Virus record (IMG/VR): IMGVR_UViG_3300031963_000089
Coordinates: 1 to 64,000 of that record
Source: an uncultured virus (IMG/VR IMGVR_UViG_3300031963_000089)
Taxonomy: Duplodnaviria > Heunggongvirae > Uroviricota > Caudoviricetes
DNA: 64,000 nt
Direction: 5' to 3' (one strand)
Shown piece after piece: positions 8,815 through 19,173 of the stretch (positions within the stretch are counted from its first letter, which is position 1; every line of letters begins with the position of its first letter). Under the pieces are notes generated by a model. That model ran no database searches. It saw only the letters and a program-made list of their open reading frames with translations, and was not told where the DNA came from. Made by a program: the position numbers and the translations under genes.

Positions 8815-9365
8815 ATTATTTGTTTTGAGTAAATTTCTAATTGTTTTAATTGGTTTGCCGACAAACTATCTATACCTTTCTCTTTAATCTTATCCAATAA
8901 ATCATTAAGCGTCATGACTGGTTCTTCTTGAATAACTTCTTCATAAAAGAGCTTAAAGAAATCATCAAAAGAACGAGACTTGTGAATATGAATACCTCCG
9001 AAAAATTCTGGAATTCCCGTACTATCACTTGTGTATTTATTATATTTTAATTCTTCTTTTTCTGTCAAAATGTCAGTGTTTCCAAACAAATGTTTTTCTA
9101 TCTCTTCGTTCATAGAATATATCATGTCAGGGTCAATAGGAAAAACAAAATACATTGCCGTTAATTTAACAATATTTTTTTTCATATAGTCGTCTATATG
9201 TTCCCAATCCAACTTCGTGCCAAATGTTATTATGACACCACTATCCCCATGTTGGAATTTTATCTCACCATTTGATATCTGTGATACTGTTTCAGTTAAA
9301 AGGTTTAAAGCCTGTGGGTTTTCTTTATATTCCCCGAATGCGAATAATATGTAATCCATAATCAT
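8811..9365 (-). CDS. hypothetical protein with C-terminal DUF6576-like helical motif (start re-assigned to 9365 or 9359)
   Basis: C-terminal LNDLLDKIKEKGIDSLSANQLKQL. The track start at 9386 falls inside the promoter. Confidence 0.6.
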   Translation of the reverse strand: MIMDYILFAFGEYKENPQALNLLTETVSQISNGEIKFQHGDSGVIITFGTKLDWEHIDDYMKKNIVKLTAMYFVFPIDPDMIYSMNEEIEKHLFGNTDILTEKEELKYNKYTSDSTGIPEFFGGIHIHKSRSFDDFFKLFYEEVIQEEPVMTLNDLLDKIKEKGIDSLSANQLKQLEIYSKQII

Positions 9366-9372
9366 AGTTCTA

Positions 9373-9403
9373 CAAAGATAATACAATTTTTTAATTTACC
9401 AAA
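9373..9403 (-). promoter_or_regulatory. Bacteroidota primary-sigma promoter (-33 TTTG / -7 TAnnTTTG)
   Basis: TTTG (9403-9400), 19-nt spacer, TATCTTTG (9380-9373), then 7 nt to ATG 9365. Confidence 0.8.
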
Positions 9404-9404
9404 C

Positions 9405-11732
9405 TTATTGTGAAACTTTGGAAATGTTGTCAGTTTTTGTAATCTTGATAATGTTATCAGACCAATTCGAAATCATAGGGTTGTGAGTAATAACAAGTAT
9501 GTTTTCAAAGTATTCTTTAATCTTAATAAAGAACTCATAAACCATTTCTAAGTTGTCGTTAGAAATCTTACCAAATACCTCATCAAATACTGTAATGTTT
9601 GGTTTAGGTAAAGAACATACTTTAGCCATCACCGCTCTCAATGCCAGTGACGCAATTGTCTTTTCATATCCTGAACCTGAAGTCATTAACTTTTCAATTT
9701 GAGTATTATTGTCTATCATCCAAAATTCAACCTCATTCTTTTCACTAATACGAATTTCCAATCTGAAGTAACAAGAGTCCTGCAATAATCGTTGAAGTTC
9801 AGAGTTAATCAAAGGCATCATACTCTTCATAATTCTTTTTGAAATACCGTTCTTACCAAACAACTCTAAATAAACTTTATACTTAACTTCTTTTTGTTGT
9901 TCTTCGGAAATCTTAATGATTAAGTTGTTGTTAGAATTAATCTTTTCAAGGTTATTAGTTATCTTAAATCTTGTATTAGAAACCTCTTGTTGGACAAGTT
10001 GTTCCTCTCGTTTTAATTCTTCTAATCTTAGATTTGCCTTAATAATTTGACTTTCAATCTGTTCGTTAGATTTAATAACATCTTGTAGCTCATCATACCT
10101 TTTTAACTTGTCTAACAAACTTTCTTTCTTTAATTCAAAGTTTTCAATAGTCGCTTGGTATTTTTCGTATACAAGTTTGTTTCTTTCATACTCATCAAAG
10201 TCCTTTTTAAGTTTAACAAATCCTTGTTCTTTGTCCGATAATTCTTGCATTAACCCCTCAATTTGGGTTTTTTTCCCGATAAGTCCGTCAAGTTCAGCAA
10301 TTCTTGATTGGGTAATTGCGGCGTTCATAAGTTCAATACCACAGTGTTCACACTTGATACCACCACTTACCGAACTCTTTAACTTTTGAATGGATGATAT
10401 GTTGGTATCTAACTCAACCTTTTGCTTATAGGTTTTCTGATACTCTTCCTTAACCTTATCATGTTCATTCTCATAATAAAACTCCGAAGGTTCAACAATC
10501 TTAACACCATCTCTTAACTGAACGTTTTGTTTGATTTGATGTTCAAAGTTTTCAACTTCTTTCTTTGTATTGTCAGGATTAAGTAATGAAATTTCTCTAT
10601 CAACAACAACCTTTGATTTCAAAAGATTATCACGATATTCTTGTCCTTTAACAATCCTACCCTTAACATCTTCAATCTTAACTTCACTTTCTATAATGTT
10701 CTTTTCAAACTCTTGGTTTTTAACCAATAGTTCTTCGTTCTCATTCTTCAATGTTTCAGTATTGTAAATGTTTGAAATCATTGACTTGGAAAACTCTGAA
10801 TAGATTTCTTTACCAGTCTCTTCTTTTCTTTTAAGAAAATCTAATCCTAAAAATCTTGATAGGACTTGTCCACGAGCCGTTGGTTTTGCCTCCAACAAGT
10901 CCTCAAGGTTAGTACCAGTAGTTAATATCGTCATCAAGAAGTCCTCATAACTTCCAATGGATGTCTTAATGAACTTTTCAGTTTCACGTCGTTGTTCACC
11001 TGTAAATTTAACCAATGAACCATCGGGAAACTTCTTAAAAAAATCTAATTCTGTTTTAACATTCCATTCACCTGACTTAGATTTCTTACGTTCAAGTTCA
11101 CGAACAATAATATAATCTTCACCATCAATCACAATTTCACCTCGAACAGATACTTTATCTTTGTCAGAATATCTGTTGAATATTTCTTCAGCTTTGTTTG
11201 TTTTTGTTGTTGTATTGAAAAACAAGAACATTAACAAATCCACAGACAACACAGTTTTACCTCCAAAGTTAGGTGGGTCTGATTCAATCACAGTAATCCC
11301 ACCCAACTTTTCGAAGTTTATATGTTGGTTTTCACCATAAGATAGAAAGTTAGAAAACTCAATCTTCTTGATATACCACTTTTTAAATGAAGCAATCTCA
11401 TCTTGTTCGGCAATCATCTTATTGTTTACCGCCGAGTCAATCTTCAGTATATCTTCGTAAAGGTTTTCTTGAGATTTAGATTGAAGGATGGACTTAATCA
11501 AATCGTGTTGATAGTTCTCGTCCATAATGTTGATAGTTACATCAACATTGTCTTGTACCTCTTCTGTTTTCTTTAACTTGGTAATAACATTTACGCTTGT
11601 AGTTGAATACTTTTTTTGAAAGTATGCTTTCACACTTTTTAACTTTTCTTGTGTAAAATTCTCTGGTGTGTCTTCCCATACTACTTGTACGTAAGGATTC
11701 TCAAGTTTTGAAAAATCTAAATCTTTTATCAT
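9405..11732 (-). CDS. SbcC/Rad50/gp46-like SMC ATPase with an N-terminal extension (start 11732, or 11786 as in the track)
   Basis: IEFSNFLSYG, Walker A variant PPNFGGKT, Zn hook CEHC in the coiled coil, signature SGSGYE, Walker B VFDEVFG and H-loop VITHN. Confidence 0.9.
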   Translation of the reverse strand: MIKDLDFSKLENPYVQVVWEDTPENFTQEKLKSVKAYFQKKYSTTSVNVITKLKKTEEVQDNVDVTINIMDENYQHDLIKSILQSKSQENLYEDILKIDSAVNNKMIAEQDEIASFKKWYIKKIEFSNFLSYGENQHINFEKLGGITVIESDPPNFGGKTVLSVDLLMFLFFNTTTKTNKAEEIFNRYSDKDKVSVRGEIVIDGEDYIIVRELERKKSKSGEWNVKTELDFFKKFPDGSLVKFTGEQRRETEKFIKTSIGSYEDFLMTILTTGTNLEDLLEAKPTARGQVLSRFLGLDFLKRKEETGKEIYSEFSKSMISNIYNTETLKNENEELLVKNQEFEKNIIESEVKIEDVKGRIVKGQEYRDNLLKSKVVVDREISLLNPDNTKKEVENFEHQIKQNVQLRDGVKIVEPSEFYYENEHDKVKEEYQKTYKQKVELDTNISSIQKLKSSVSGGIKCEHCGIELMNAAITQSRIAELDGLIGKKTQIEGLMQELSDKEQGFVKLKKDFDEYERNKLVYEKYQATIENFELKKESLLDKLKRYDELQDVIKSNEQIESQIIKANLRLEELKREEQLVQQEVSNTRFKITNNLEKINSNNNLIIKISEEQQKEVKYKVYLELFGKNGISKRIMKSMMPLINSELQRLLQDSCYFRLEIRISEKNEVEFWMIDNNTQIEKLMTSGSGYEKTIASLALRAVMAKVCSLPKPNITVFDEVFGKISNDNLEMVYEFFIKIKEYFENILVITHNPMISNWSDNIIKITKTDNISKVSQ

Positions 11733-11748
11733 TCTAACTTTTGTGAAA

Positions 11749-11931
11749 TTAATTTGCGGGCTGAACAGGTCCATTTGTTTCTTCACCTTCTGTTTTTTCA
11801 GAAGCCGCTTGTCTCATTTTTTCAAACAATTCTGACATTGTTCTTTGATAGCGTCTTTCAGCATGGATGTTTCTTAATTTCCACGCAGCAACCTTCTGCT
11901 TGTGGTTTGGTCTTAATCTTGACTTTGGCAT
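11749..11931 (-). CDS. small basic protein, 60 aa
   Basis: MPKSRLRPNHKQK..., Arg/Lys-rich, fills the intergenic gap. Confidence 0.6.
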   Translation of the reverse strand: MPKSRLRPNHKQKVAAWKLRNIHAERRYQRTMSELFEKMRQAASEKTEGEETNGPVQPAN

Positions 11932-11951
11932 ATATTTATTTGGTTTTTAAA

Positions 11952-12302
11952 TTAATCTATTTTAGCTGGTCGGTTTACTTCAAACCATTCGATGAAAGCG
12001 TTGATTGCCCATACCGCACCTGACGCGAATAATCCGTCAAAGAACCATGAAATGTATGGACTTGTTCCGAAAAATTGATATGTAGGTGAGAATAAAACTG
12101 CTCCCACGAAAAATCCTACCCAAGTGGAACAACACATCATACAGGATAAAATACCTGAAATAAAATTGAATGTGTCTGAAAAAATTAAATCGGAGTTTCC
12201 ATAAGCTTTGATAAAATCTCTCATTCCTTTAAAGATGGTTCCATAAACCATAATTGTTGAAAACCCGTAGGCTAAAATCATAAATAATACTAACTGTGTC
12301 AT
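11952..12302 (-). CDS. DUF1360-like membrane protein with CxxC
   Basis: Hydrophobic helices plus LSCMMCCSTWVG. Confidence 0.65.
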   Translation of the reverse strand: MTQLVLFMILAYGFSTIMVYGTIFKGMRDFIKAYGNSDLIFSDTFNFISGILSCMMCCSTWVGFFVGAVLFSPTYQFFGTSPYISWFFDGLFASGAVWAINAFIEWFEVNRPAKID

Positions 12303-12757
12303 ATTCTATTTGTTAAGTTTGAATTCTTCAGGTAGAAAGCATAAGAAGTTTTTGTCATATCTTCAAGCTCATTCACCTTTCTTGTTAATTCTTTTATTGT
12401 GTTATTTTTATCACTTAATTGTCTGTTTAGTTCAAAAAGGGTTTCCTGTAGTTTACCACATTCTACTTCCTTTTTATCTTCCAATTTACCTTTAAGAATG
12501 TAAATTTCATTTTGTAGTTCTTCAATCTTTGAGTTATCCTCAACAACAACTTCCTTTTCAAATTCTCTGTCAATTACATCAGGTAAGTTCCCTTGGTTAA
12601 GTAATCCATATTTTTCAATATAGTATCCTTTACGGAAACATAATTTAACAAAACCATTAGGGTCGGTTATTTCATTAATCTTACAGAACGAGTTAAAATC
12701 CTCAACATCCTGTTTAGATAACTCAATAGTTAACGAATTTTTCTGTTCCATTTTCAA
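12299..12757 (-). CDS. hypothetical protein with C-terminal coiled coil
   Basis: ORF overlapping both neighbours. Confidence 0.65.
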   Translation of the reverse strand: MKMEQKNSLTIELSKQDVEDFNSFCKINEITDPNGFVKLCFRKGYYIEKYGLLNQGNLPDVIDREFEKEVVVEDNSKIEELQNEIYILKGKLEDKKEVECGKLQETLFELNRQLSDKNNTIKELTRKVNELEDMTKTSYAFYLKNSNLTNRI

Positions 12758-13502
12758 TATCTTCGTATGAGTTTATTCTAAATGATATGAAAGGTTTTGG
12801 GTTGAATAAATCAACTGTCGTGTATTCATCCTTTTCAACATCGTAAATTCCATATCCGTGTTTGGTTACCGTTTCACCATAGTTCTGTCCAATGGTTGAA
12901 CCAATCATATAAGCCTTCTTACCACCAGGTATATCAAAGATTTGTCTCTTGTGAATATCACCACATAATACCAAGTCACATCCATCAAACTTTGATGTTT
13001 CAAACCCATCCTCAAACTTAAATCCTAAGTTGGTTGTAAGTCCCTGAACTGGCCCGTGAAATAATCCAATCTTAACTCTATCAGTTTTTTCAATTGTAGG
13101 TGGGATGTTATGGTCCATAAGTGAATACACACACCAATCAATGTTATCATCCTGATACACACCTCTGTTCTTGTAGTAAACCACCATATCATTTTTAAGT
13201 GAATCAACCACAGGTGTTAGAGCGTCCAATCGTTCCATATTGTTTTCAAGGAAGTCGTGGTTACCAGGTATTAAGATTGTTTTAGCAATCTTTGAACACT
13301 CGGTCAATACCCACGCGATGAACTCAACAAGTTCAGGTGTCATTTGGTTCTTACTATGAACCAAGTCACCAGTGAATACAATTCTATCAGGAGCAATATC
13401 TTTCCATTGTTTAAACGCCTCTTCTAAAATTGACTTATACAATTGGTGGTCTTTGAACAACCTAATGTGTAAATCAGAAAAATGAACTAATTTTTTTATC
13501 AT
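12723..13502 (-). CDS. SbcD/Mre11/gp47-like metallophosphoesterase nuclease (catalytic domain only)
   Basis: Motifs SDLH, TGDLVH, PGNHD, FHG and GDIH. Confidence 0.9.
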   Translation of the reverse strand: MIKKLVHFSDLHIRLFKDHQLYKSILEEAFKQWKDIAPDRIVFTGDLVHSKNQMTPELVEFIAWVLTECSKIAKTILIPGNHDFLENNMERLDALTPVVDSLKNDMVVYYKNRGVYQDDNIDWCVYSLMDHNIPPTIEKTDRVKIGLFHGPVQGLTTNLGFKFEDGFETSKFDGCDLVLCGDIHKRQIFDIPGGKKAYMIGSTIGQNYGETVTKHGYGIYDVEKDEYTTVDLFNPKPFISFRINSYEDIENGTEKFVNY

Positions 13503-13732
13503 AGTTCTAATTTCGGAGATTCAATATGAAATGGGTTTAACTCTTCATTTACATTACCACAAGCTAAACAAGCGTATGTTGGAAATGGTACAACGGTATC
13601 ATCAGGTGAGCCAGTTAGTAACTTTGGTACACGTTTTAGGTAAGTGACTTCTTTAAACTCGTTATGACCACATTTGTCACAAACGATGAAATCCATTTCT
13701 CGTAAATTAATTCTTGGTTTTTCTAGTTCCAT
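13499..13732 (-). CDS. zinc-ribbon protein
   Basis: CDKC...CLAC. Confidence 0.75.
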   Translation of the reverse strand: MELEKPRINLREMDFIVCDKCGHNEFKEVTYLKRVPKLLTGSPDDTVVPFPTYACLACGNVNEELNPFHIESPKLEL

Positions 13733-13733
13733 A

Positions 13734-13931
13734 TTATTCTTCTATAAACATTATTGTATTATTAATCGGTACTCTAAGTACTGGTTTAGATTTCTCATCA
13801 ATTTTAATCATTACTTCGTAGTAACCTTCCCTTACTTGTACGGTTGACACATTAAGATAGTTATTACTCGTTTGATTTCCAAAATCAACAAACGCTGTTT
13901 TGTCTGTTGTGTTAAATGTTAGTTTTATCAT
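13734..13931 (-). CDS. hypothetical protein, 65 aa
   Basis: First ORF behind a sigma70-like promoter. Confidence 0.65.
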   Translation of the reverse strand: MIKLTFNTTDKTAFVDFGNQTSNNYLNVSTVQVREGYYEVMIKIDEKSKPVLRVPINNTIMFIEE

Positions 13932-13939
13932 AGTTGTTA

Positions 13940-13968
13940 AATATATAACTTTTTAGTGGGATTGTCAA
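13940..13968 (-). promoter_or_regulatory. sigma70-type promoter TTGACA-N17-TATATT
   Basis: TTGACA at 13968-13963, 17-nt spacer, TATATT at 13945-13940, ATG at 13931. Confidence 0.7.
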
Positions 13969-14819
13969 TTCAGATAGTCCTTTACATTCATAGTCATCAC
14001 AGTATCTATCACATCTTGTGGTACTCTAAACTCTTTGAACTCTGAATCCTCTTGCAATAATACGACAATACATCCATATAATTTCATGTTTTCGTATTTT
14101 GTTCCTTCCAACATTTTTAAGATTAACTTACCGTATAAAGGTAGTTGAACATAATAGTGCCCAAGAGCCGTATTTGGTAGGTTTTGGAATGGTTTATACA
14201 TAGGTTTTGTAAAGTTATTACTTTCAAAGTTTTTAGGTTTGTTTGTCTTCCAGTCAGTTATCAATAACCCAAACCCGTCTTTCTTCTTATTTATCACTAA
14301 CCAAACCTTATCGGGTTGTCCTGTATATCCTAATTCAGGATGACCCAAAACAATCTCCGTATCCAACAAAACAACTTCACGTTCTTTCATTAGTTTTAGA
14401 AATTTGGAACCTGCAGTAATCATACTATCACCCTTTAGAATCTGTGTAACATCACAATCAAAAATTGGTTGACGAACTTCTTTATAACTTCCACTACTTT
14501 CAATCAACTTCTTCTCCAAAAAGAAGTGAACCCTACTACCCATATTGGTAGAATAATCACCAGCGGCCGCCCATTCCTCAATCAGTTGTTGTTTAATTAC
14601 AGGGTCACCTTTTGATTTCTTTTCCGCAGCTTCGTCAGTTGGGAACTCAGGGTAGAACTTCTTTAACACCTTTGATACTGATGGGAAATTGTTTTTAACA
14701 ACACCATCAACATCTTTCATAAAATACGTGTGGGTATCCTCAATAAAGGTTAACTCCAACTCTTTTCTTTTGTTCTCTAAAATTTCTCGTAATTCTAAAG
14801 CAATTTCTTTTAATTCCAT
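13965..14819 (-). CDS. PD-(D/E)XK superfamily exonuclease
   Basis: GSRVH, DTE, GQPD, DWKT and HYYVQLPLY (QxxxY) motifs. Confidence 0.85.
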   Translation of the reverse strand: MELKEIALELREILENKRKELELTFIEDTHTYFMKDVDGVVKNNFPSVSKVLKKFYPEFPTDEAAEKKSKGDPVIKQQLIEEWAAAGDYSTNMGSRVHFFLEKKLIESSGSYKEVRQPIFDCDVTQILKGDSMITAGSKFLKLMKEREVVLLDTEIVLGHPELGYTGQPDKVWLVINKKKDGFGLLITDWKTNKPKNFESNNFTKPMYKPFQNLPNTALGHYYVQLPLYGKLILKMLEGTKYENMKLYGCIVVLLQEDSEFKEFRVPQDVIDTVMTMNVKDYLN

Positions 14820-14820
14820 T

Positions 14821-15717
14821 TTAATAACTCATTTCATAAAAATAATCATCTATCTTACCTTTCAAATCTGCAATGTCAGAATCTTTTGGTAATTTTAGAA
14901 TCTTCACTCTCCCTCTTAACTTCCCTCCATTTAGTTGGTTATAAAGTTTTTGAGCGTCTTTCCAAGCATCAGCGTCCAAACATATAATAACATCGGACTT
15001 AGCTTTGGTATATATTGTTTCAAATAATAAATCGGATAGCACCTTACCTAATAGAACAACAGGGTTAGGTGTAAAGTACCCATCTATGGCGCCTTCACAG
15101 ATATAAATAGGTTTCTCCCAATCAATTAGTTTCTCATTGAATATAATTGTTTCCTTTGGGTATTCAGGGTTTTTATATTTGTTCTTTGTCTTAAACCAAG
15201 CTCTTGAAATAAAGTAATTAATCTCTCCGTCTAATCCATATGACGGCATAATAATTCGTCCACCATATTCACCTTCAGTTGCAAAACCAATGTTAAACTT
15301 TTCAATCATCTCATCAGTAATACCACGTGTCTTAATATATTTTAAAACTTCTCTATGTGGAATATGAAGTGGGTTAGCATCCTTAATAGAAATAAACTCT
15401 TTTGGTAACTTTAACTTTTTTAATTCAACATGTTTTGATTTGTGTTCTTCAGGTTTAAATAAATCGTAAGTTTTCTTTTGATTTTTTGTCCCAAATAAAT
15501 CAATTAGTTTACCTAAAACACCATGTGTCCCGTTGAACTCAGAACAAGCCCAACATTTATAAACGTGTTCATTAATATTAATCTCAAGATTCCCCTTGTT
15601 TTTTCCATCATCACAATAAGGACAATTTACAGAAATCTGACCCTTTGAAGCATAATAATGTTTCTCTTTACCAAATAAGTCCCTTATAATTTCAAGTAAA
15701 ATTTCGTCTTCGTCCAT
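14821..15717 (-). CDS. DNA primase (Zn finger + TOPRIM); start re-assigned to ATG 15717
   Basis: CPYC...YKCWAC zinc finger, YIKTRGI, RIIMP, KYKNP, CEGAID and CLDADA. Confidence 0.9.
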   Translation of the reverse strand: MDEDEILLEIIRDLFGKEKHYYASKGQISVNCPYCDDGKNKGNLEININEHVYKCWACSEFNGTHGVLGKLIDLFGTKNQKKTYDLFKPEEHKSKHVELKKLKLPKEFISIKDANPLHIPHREVLKYIKTRGITDEMIEKFNIGFATEGEYGGRIIMPSYGLDGEINYFISRAWFKTKNKYKNPEYPKETIIFNEKLIDWEKPIYICEGAIDGYFTPNPVVLLGKVLSDLLFETIYTKAKSDVIICLDADAWKDAQKLYNQLNGGKLRGRVKILKLPKDSDIADLKGKIDDYFYEMSY

Positions 15718-15724
15718 TTTCTTA

Positions 15725-15753
15725 ATAATAAGATAAAAACTTATTGTTGTCAA
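15725..15753 (-). promoter_or_regulatory. sigma70-type promoter TTGACA-N17-TATTAT
   Basis: TTGACA at 15753-15748, TATTAT at 15730-15725, then 7 nt to the primase ATG. Confidence 0.7.
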
Positions 15754-15779
15754 ACTTCACAAAGTTTTAAACCCTTTTA

Positions 15780-15787
15780 TATTTATA
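15780..15787 (+). promoter_or_regulatory. putative late promoter TATTTATA
   Basis: Same motif, now on the plus strand, 4 nt before ATG 15792. Its orientation follows the gene. Confidence 0.65.
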
Positions 15788-15791
15788 TCAT

Positions 15792-16016
15792 ATGCCAACA
15801 ACAATTACACTAAGTAACGTTATTTCAGGAGCATCCCCCTTTGATGTTTATATATGTCTTTCAGGTGGTTCTCCTTGTTATTATATTACAAGTATTGATA
15901 GCGGCGATTTACCTTATGATTTTACAGTTCCTTCTCCAATAGAAAAATTTACTTACTATTGTATGAAGGTCGTTGATTCAGATGGGTGTATAATAACAGG
16001 TTGCACAAGTATATAA
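15792..16016 (+). CDS. small Cys-rich beta-domain protein (paralogue of 23449..23670 and of the N-terminus of 54543..55547)
   Basis: Shared pattern GxxP[FY]xxxxC...C...KxxDxxxC. Confidence 0.75.
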   Translation: MPTTITLSNVISGASPFDVYICLSGGSPCYYITSIDSGDLPYDFTVPSPIEKFTYYCMKVVDSDGCIITGCTSI

Positions 16017-16020
16017 AAAA

Positions 16021-18477
16021 TTGGCATTAAGTTGGTATTCATTTTCGGGTTGTTGTAGTGGAACTACGTTCCAAATTCAATCAACGTATTCTGCTGGAAC
16101 GTTCACTTCCGGTTATTCGTATTATTTGGTAACAGATTTTTACACAGGTTGTTCACAATATATAACAACAGGTTTTGTAACAGGAACACCAATATACAAT
16201 ATTATATCTTTAGATGTAAAATCATATTCATCTTGTACCGCATGTACCACAGTTAATCCTTGTGTCCCCGGTCCAACACCAACACCTACATCAACACCAG
16301 CGCCAAGCCCCACTCCAACAAAAACTCCAACACCTACTCCTACGGTAACAAAAACCCCAACTAATACTCCAACACAAACTAAAACCCCAACACCAACCAA
16401 AACATCAACTAGTACTCCAACACCATCAGTAACCGCAACTATAACACCAACTCCAAGTATAACACCAACTAATACACCTACAGTAACAAAAACACCAACT
16501 AACACCCCAACACCAAGTATTACTCCAACACATACACCAACAAGAACGGTTACCCCAACACCAAGTGTTACACCAACAATAACACCAACAGCAACTGTAA
16601 CAAGTTCACCAACACCAACTTTATCAATAACGCCAACAACAACTCCAACACCAACAGTTACTAAAACACCTTTACCAACTTTTTGTGAAACACCAACACC
16701 AACATTATCAACAACTCCAACATCAACCCCAACACCATCACCTGTATATACCGCATGTCCACAATCGAGTTATTGTGTATTCACAAATTTGAGTGGTTAT
16801 ACAAATTATGATGGCACTTATTACAACTATGATGTGTTTAATGGTAAAAATGTATTTTATAAACCAGATAATACAAATCCTTATTACATATACTACAACA
16901 CAGGTGAAACAAGATGGTGTCTATCAACTTGTGTAAACGGTGAATGTAAACTATTTGGGCCAACAGGTAGTAATACCGTTTGCCCTGATTTAGATGTAAC
17001 CTATTTTGGGTCGTCATGTCCAACACCTACCCCATCAAATACCGACGCTTGTAACACTTTTGATTTTACAGCAGTATTTGATTGTAACGTAACTTCAGGA
17101 GCAACTCCGACACCAACACCAACGTTAACACCAACTAACACACCAACAACAACACCTACACCAACTCCTTTATGTAATGGTAAATCATTATCGTTTAGTG
17201 GTGTAAACTACAATTATCCAGGTCCTTCACCAACACCAAGTGTAACACCGACAAATGCAGTTAAAGGTGTTGTTGTAAGTGGTTCGGTAATATACGATAC
17301 GTTTTCATCTAAATTTACAAGTTTATATTCAAAGTTACTTTTAGATTGTAACTCATCTAACAAATACGTTGTCGGTGAAACAATACCTTTTAATACAGGT
17401 TCTACATTTAGCGCAATAATTGATTTTAAATCTGTTTGTGTAACTTACGATTCTGATATTTTAGGTTCCCCTACTAATATTCTTCAATCTATTGAAAGTG
17501 GTAATTTATTTGATTGTGAGTTTTGTTCTCCAATTCCAACCGCAACACCAACACCAACTGTAACACCAACACCAACTGCCACTCAATCATGTCCAAACAT
17601 AATACAAACAATATCAGTGGGAACAGGTCCATTCTTTATAGTATTTGACGAAGTTAATGAATACATGTATGTAATTAACGAAACAAGTAATAATGTTTCA
17701 GTAATCGATATTAATGATTACTCTATTGTATCAACAATTTCTGTTGGTAATCAACCTAGAGGTGGGGTATTAAGTAATGATAGTAAATTACTATACGTTA
17801 CTAATTTCGCAGATAATACAATATCAGTTATAAATCCTCTTACACTTACCGTTCTATCAACAATACCTGTTGGTAATGGCCCTTATGGTTTAACATATGA
17901 TACAGTTAATGAGGTATTATATGTTGCTGAATATAACGCAGGAACTGTGAGTTCAATACCTGTTAGTACAATTGTTAACACTTACACTACCGGTACTAGA
18001 CCAATTCAACCAGGATTTAATGAAAATAATTTACAAGTATACGTTCCAAATAGTTTAAGTAATACCGTCGTATCTATTGATACAATAAAAGGTATTACCG
18101 CATCAACTATAACAATGCCTTCAGGTTCTTTACCAAGATATTGTTTATATGTTCCAACAAATAATACGGTATACACAGTATTAAATGGTACTAACCAAGT
18201 AATAACAATTAATCCAGTAACAAATACAACAGGAACAACTATTACAGTTGGTATTGGTACAAATCCTCAAAGTATGGCATTTGATGTTAATAGTAATAGA
18301 TTATATGTCACTAATTTAGTAACTGATAATGTATCAGTAATCGATATTAACACTAATGAAGTCGTTAAAACAATCACTGTTGGTGACGGTCCAAGAGGTA
18401 TTGCTTATGACGCTAAATACGATAGAATTTACGTTGAAAATAGTATATCAAATACTGTATCAGTATTATGTACATAA
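16021..18477 (+). CDS. virion protein: Cys-rich N-terminus, mucin-like Pro/Thr repeats, C-terminal YVTN/YncE-like beta-propeller
   Basis: TPTPT tract of about 150 aa. Repeats of VGxxPxG...LYV(T)N...VSVID from ~17600 to the end. Confidence 0.85.
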   Translation: MALSWYSFSGCCSGTTFQIQSTYSAGTFTSGYSYYLVTDFYTGCSQYITTGFVTGTPIYNIISLDVKSYSSCTACTTVNPCVPGPTPTPTSTPAPSPTPTKTPTPTPTVTKTPTNTPTQTKTPTPTKTSTSTPTPSVTATITPTPSITPTNTPTVTKTPTNTPTPSITPTHTPTRTVTPTPSVTPTITPTATVTSSPTPTLSITPTTTPTPTVTKTPLPTFCETPTPTLSTTPTSTPTPSPVYTACPQSSYCVFTNLSGYTNYDGTYYNYDVFNGKNVFYKPDNTNPYYIYYNTGETRWCLSTCVNGECKLFGPTGSNTVCPDLDVTYFGSSCPTPTPSNTDACNTFDFTAVFDCNVTSGATPTPTPTLTPTNTPTTTPTPTPLCNGKSLSFSGVNYNYPGPSPTPSVTPTNAVKGVVVSGSVIYDTFSSKFTSLYSKLLLDCNSSNKYVVGETIPFNTGSTFSAIIDFKSVCVTYDSDILGSPTNILQSIESGNLFDCEFCSPIPTATPTPTVTPTPTATQSCPNIIQTISVGTGPFFIVFDEVNEYMYVINETSNNVSVIDINDYSIVSTISVGNQPRGGVLSNDSKLLYVTNFADNTISVINPLTLTVLSTIPVGNGPYGLTYDTVNEVLYVAEYNAGTVSSIPVSTIVNTYTTGTRPIQPGFNENNLQVYVPNSLSNTVVSIDTIKGITASTITMPSGSLPRYCLYVPTNNTVYTVLNGTNQVITINPVTNTTGTTITVGIGTNPQSMAFDVNSNRLYVTNLVTDNVSVIDINTNEVVKTITVGDGPRGIAYDAKYDRIYVENSISNTVSVLCT

Positions 18478-18502
18478 CAAAAAAGGTGTCGAATGACACC
18501 TT
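18478..18502. terminator. intrinsic terminator between convergent genes
   Basis: Hairpin AAGGTGTC-GAAT-GACACCTT, with a T run on the minus strand. Confidence 0.8.
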
Positions 18503-18523
18503 AAATTTTAAATAAAAATCTTA

Positions 18524-19117
18524 TTATTTTTTAGCGTTTAGATAACTTAATACAACAGTATAAGCATCTGTCATATCAAAATTCTCTTTCTTTAAAGTAT
18601 TGTTTCTTGTATATAACCAATTAATTTGTGGTTCTCTTTTCGCAACAAGTTCCCATATAATCATCTTCTTATCACAATCTTTTGGGTAACCACCAAATAA
18701 AACAAACTTACCTTTTTCGTTTTTTCTAACTAATTCAGGCCAAGCCTCTTTTCTTGAATTATACGTTGAGATATATTCAGGGACAATACCTAACACATCA
18801 TATACCTCTTTACTAATCAATGTATTATATCGTAATAAAGTACCAATGGTATAAGCATTATTACTATTTAATAAAGGTTCTTCAATTACACATCTAACAA
18901 CACCAACACCTTTATATTCCTCAAGCTTCTTTCTGAATGTTGCAGACTTAAGAAGTAGTTCCTCCATCTTATTATCGGGTTGAGGTTTCGGTTGTGGTGA
19001 AACATGTGTCAACTCTAATAAATCTCTTGAAGATAAATCAAATAACGCAACACCAATAGTTTTAGTTGAAACGTCTAAACCCAAAATCTTAGGAGAATTT
19101 TTTATACTTTTTGCCAT
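18524..19117 (-). CDS. RuvC-like Holliday junction resolvase
   Basis: ILGLDVSTKTIG, VIEEP and DMTDAY give the acidic RNase H-fold tetrad. Confidence 0.85.
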   Translation of the reverse strand: MAKSIKNSPKILGLDVSTKTIGVALFDLSSRDLLELTHVSPQPKPQPDNKMEELLLKSATFRKKLEEYKGVGVVRCVIEEPLLNSNNAYTIGTLLRYNTLISKEVYDVLGIVPEYISTYNSRKEAWPELVRKNEKGKFVLFGGYPKDCDKKMIIWELVAKREPQINWLYTRNNTLKKENFDMTDAYTVVLSYLNAKK

Positions 19118-19173
19118 ATCTAATATTAGTTATTAGATTTAATATTAAAGTAATTAACTTAATTGTAAATAAT

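Noticed and set aside
13965..14819. Cas4 of a CRISPR system
   Set aside because: No Fe-S cysteine cluster, no array and no other cas genes. It is better called a generic PD-(D/E)XK exonuclease.
16140..16505. GV-repeat ORF on the minus strand, and similar shadows at 24014..24493, 25146..25403 and 55240..55443
   Set aside because: Antisense of Pro/Thr- or Gly-rich coding sequence.
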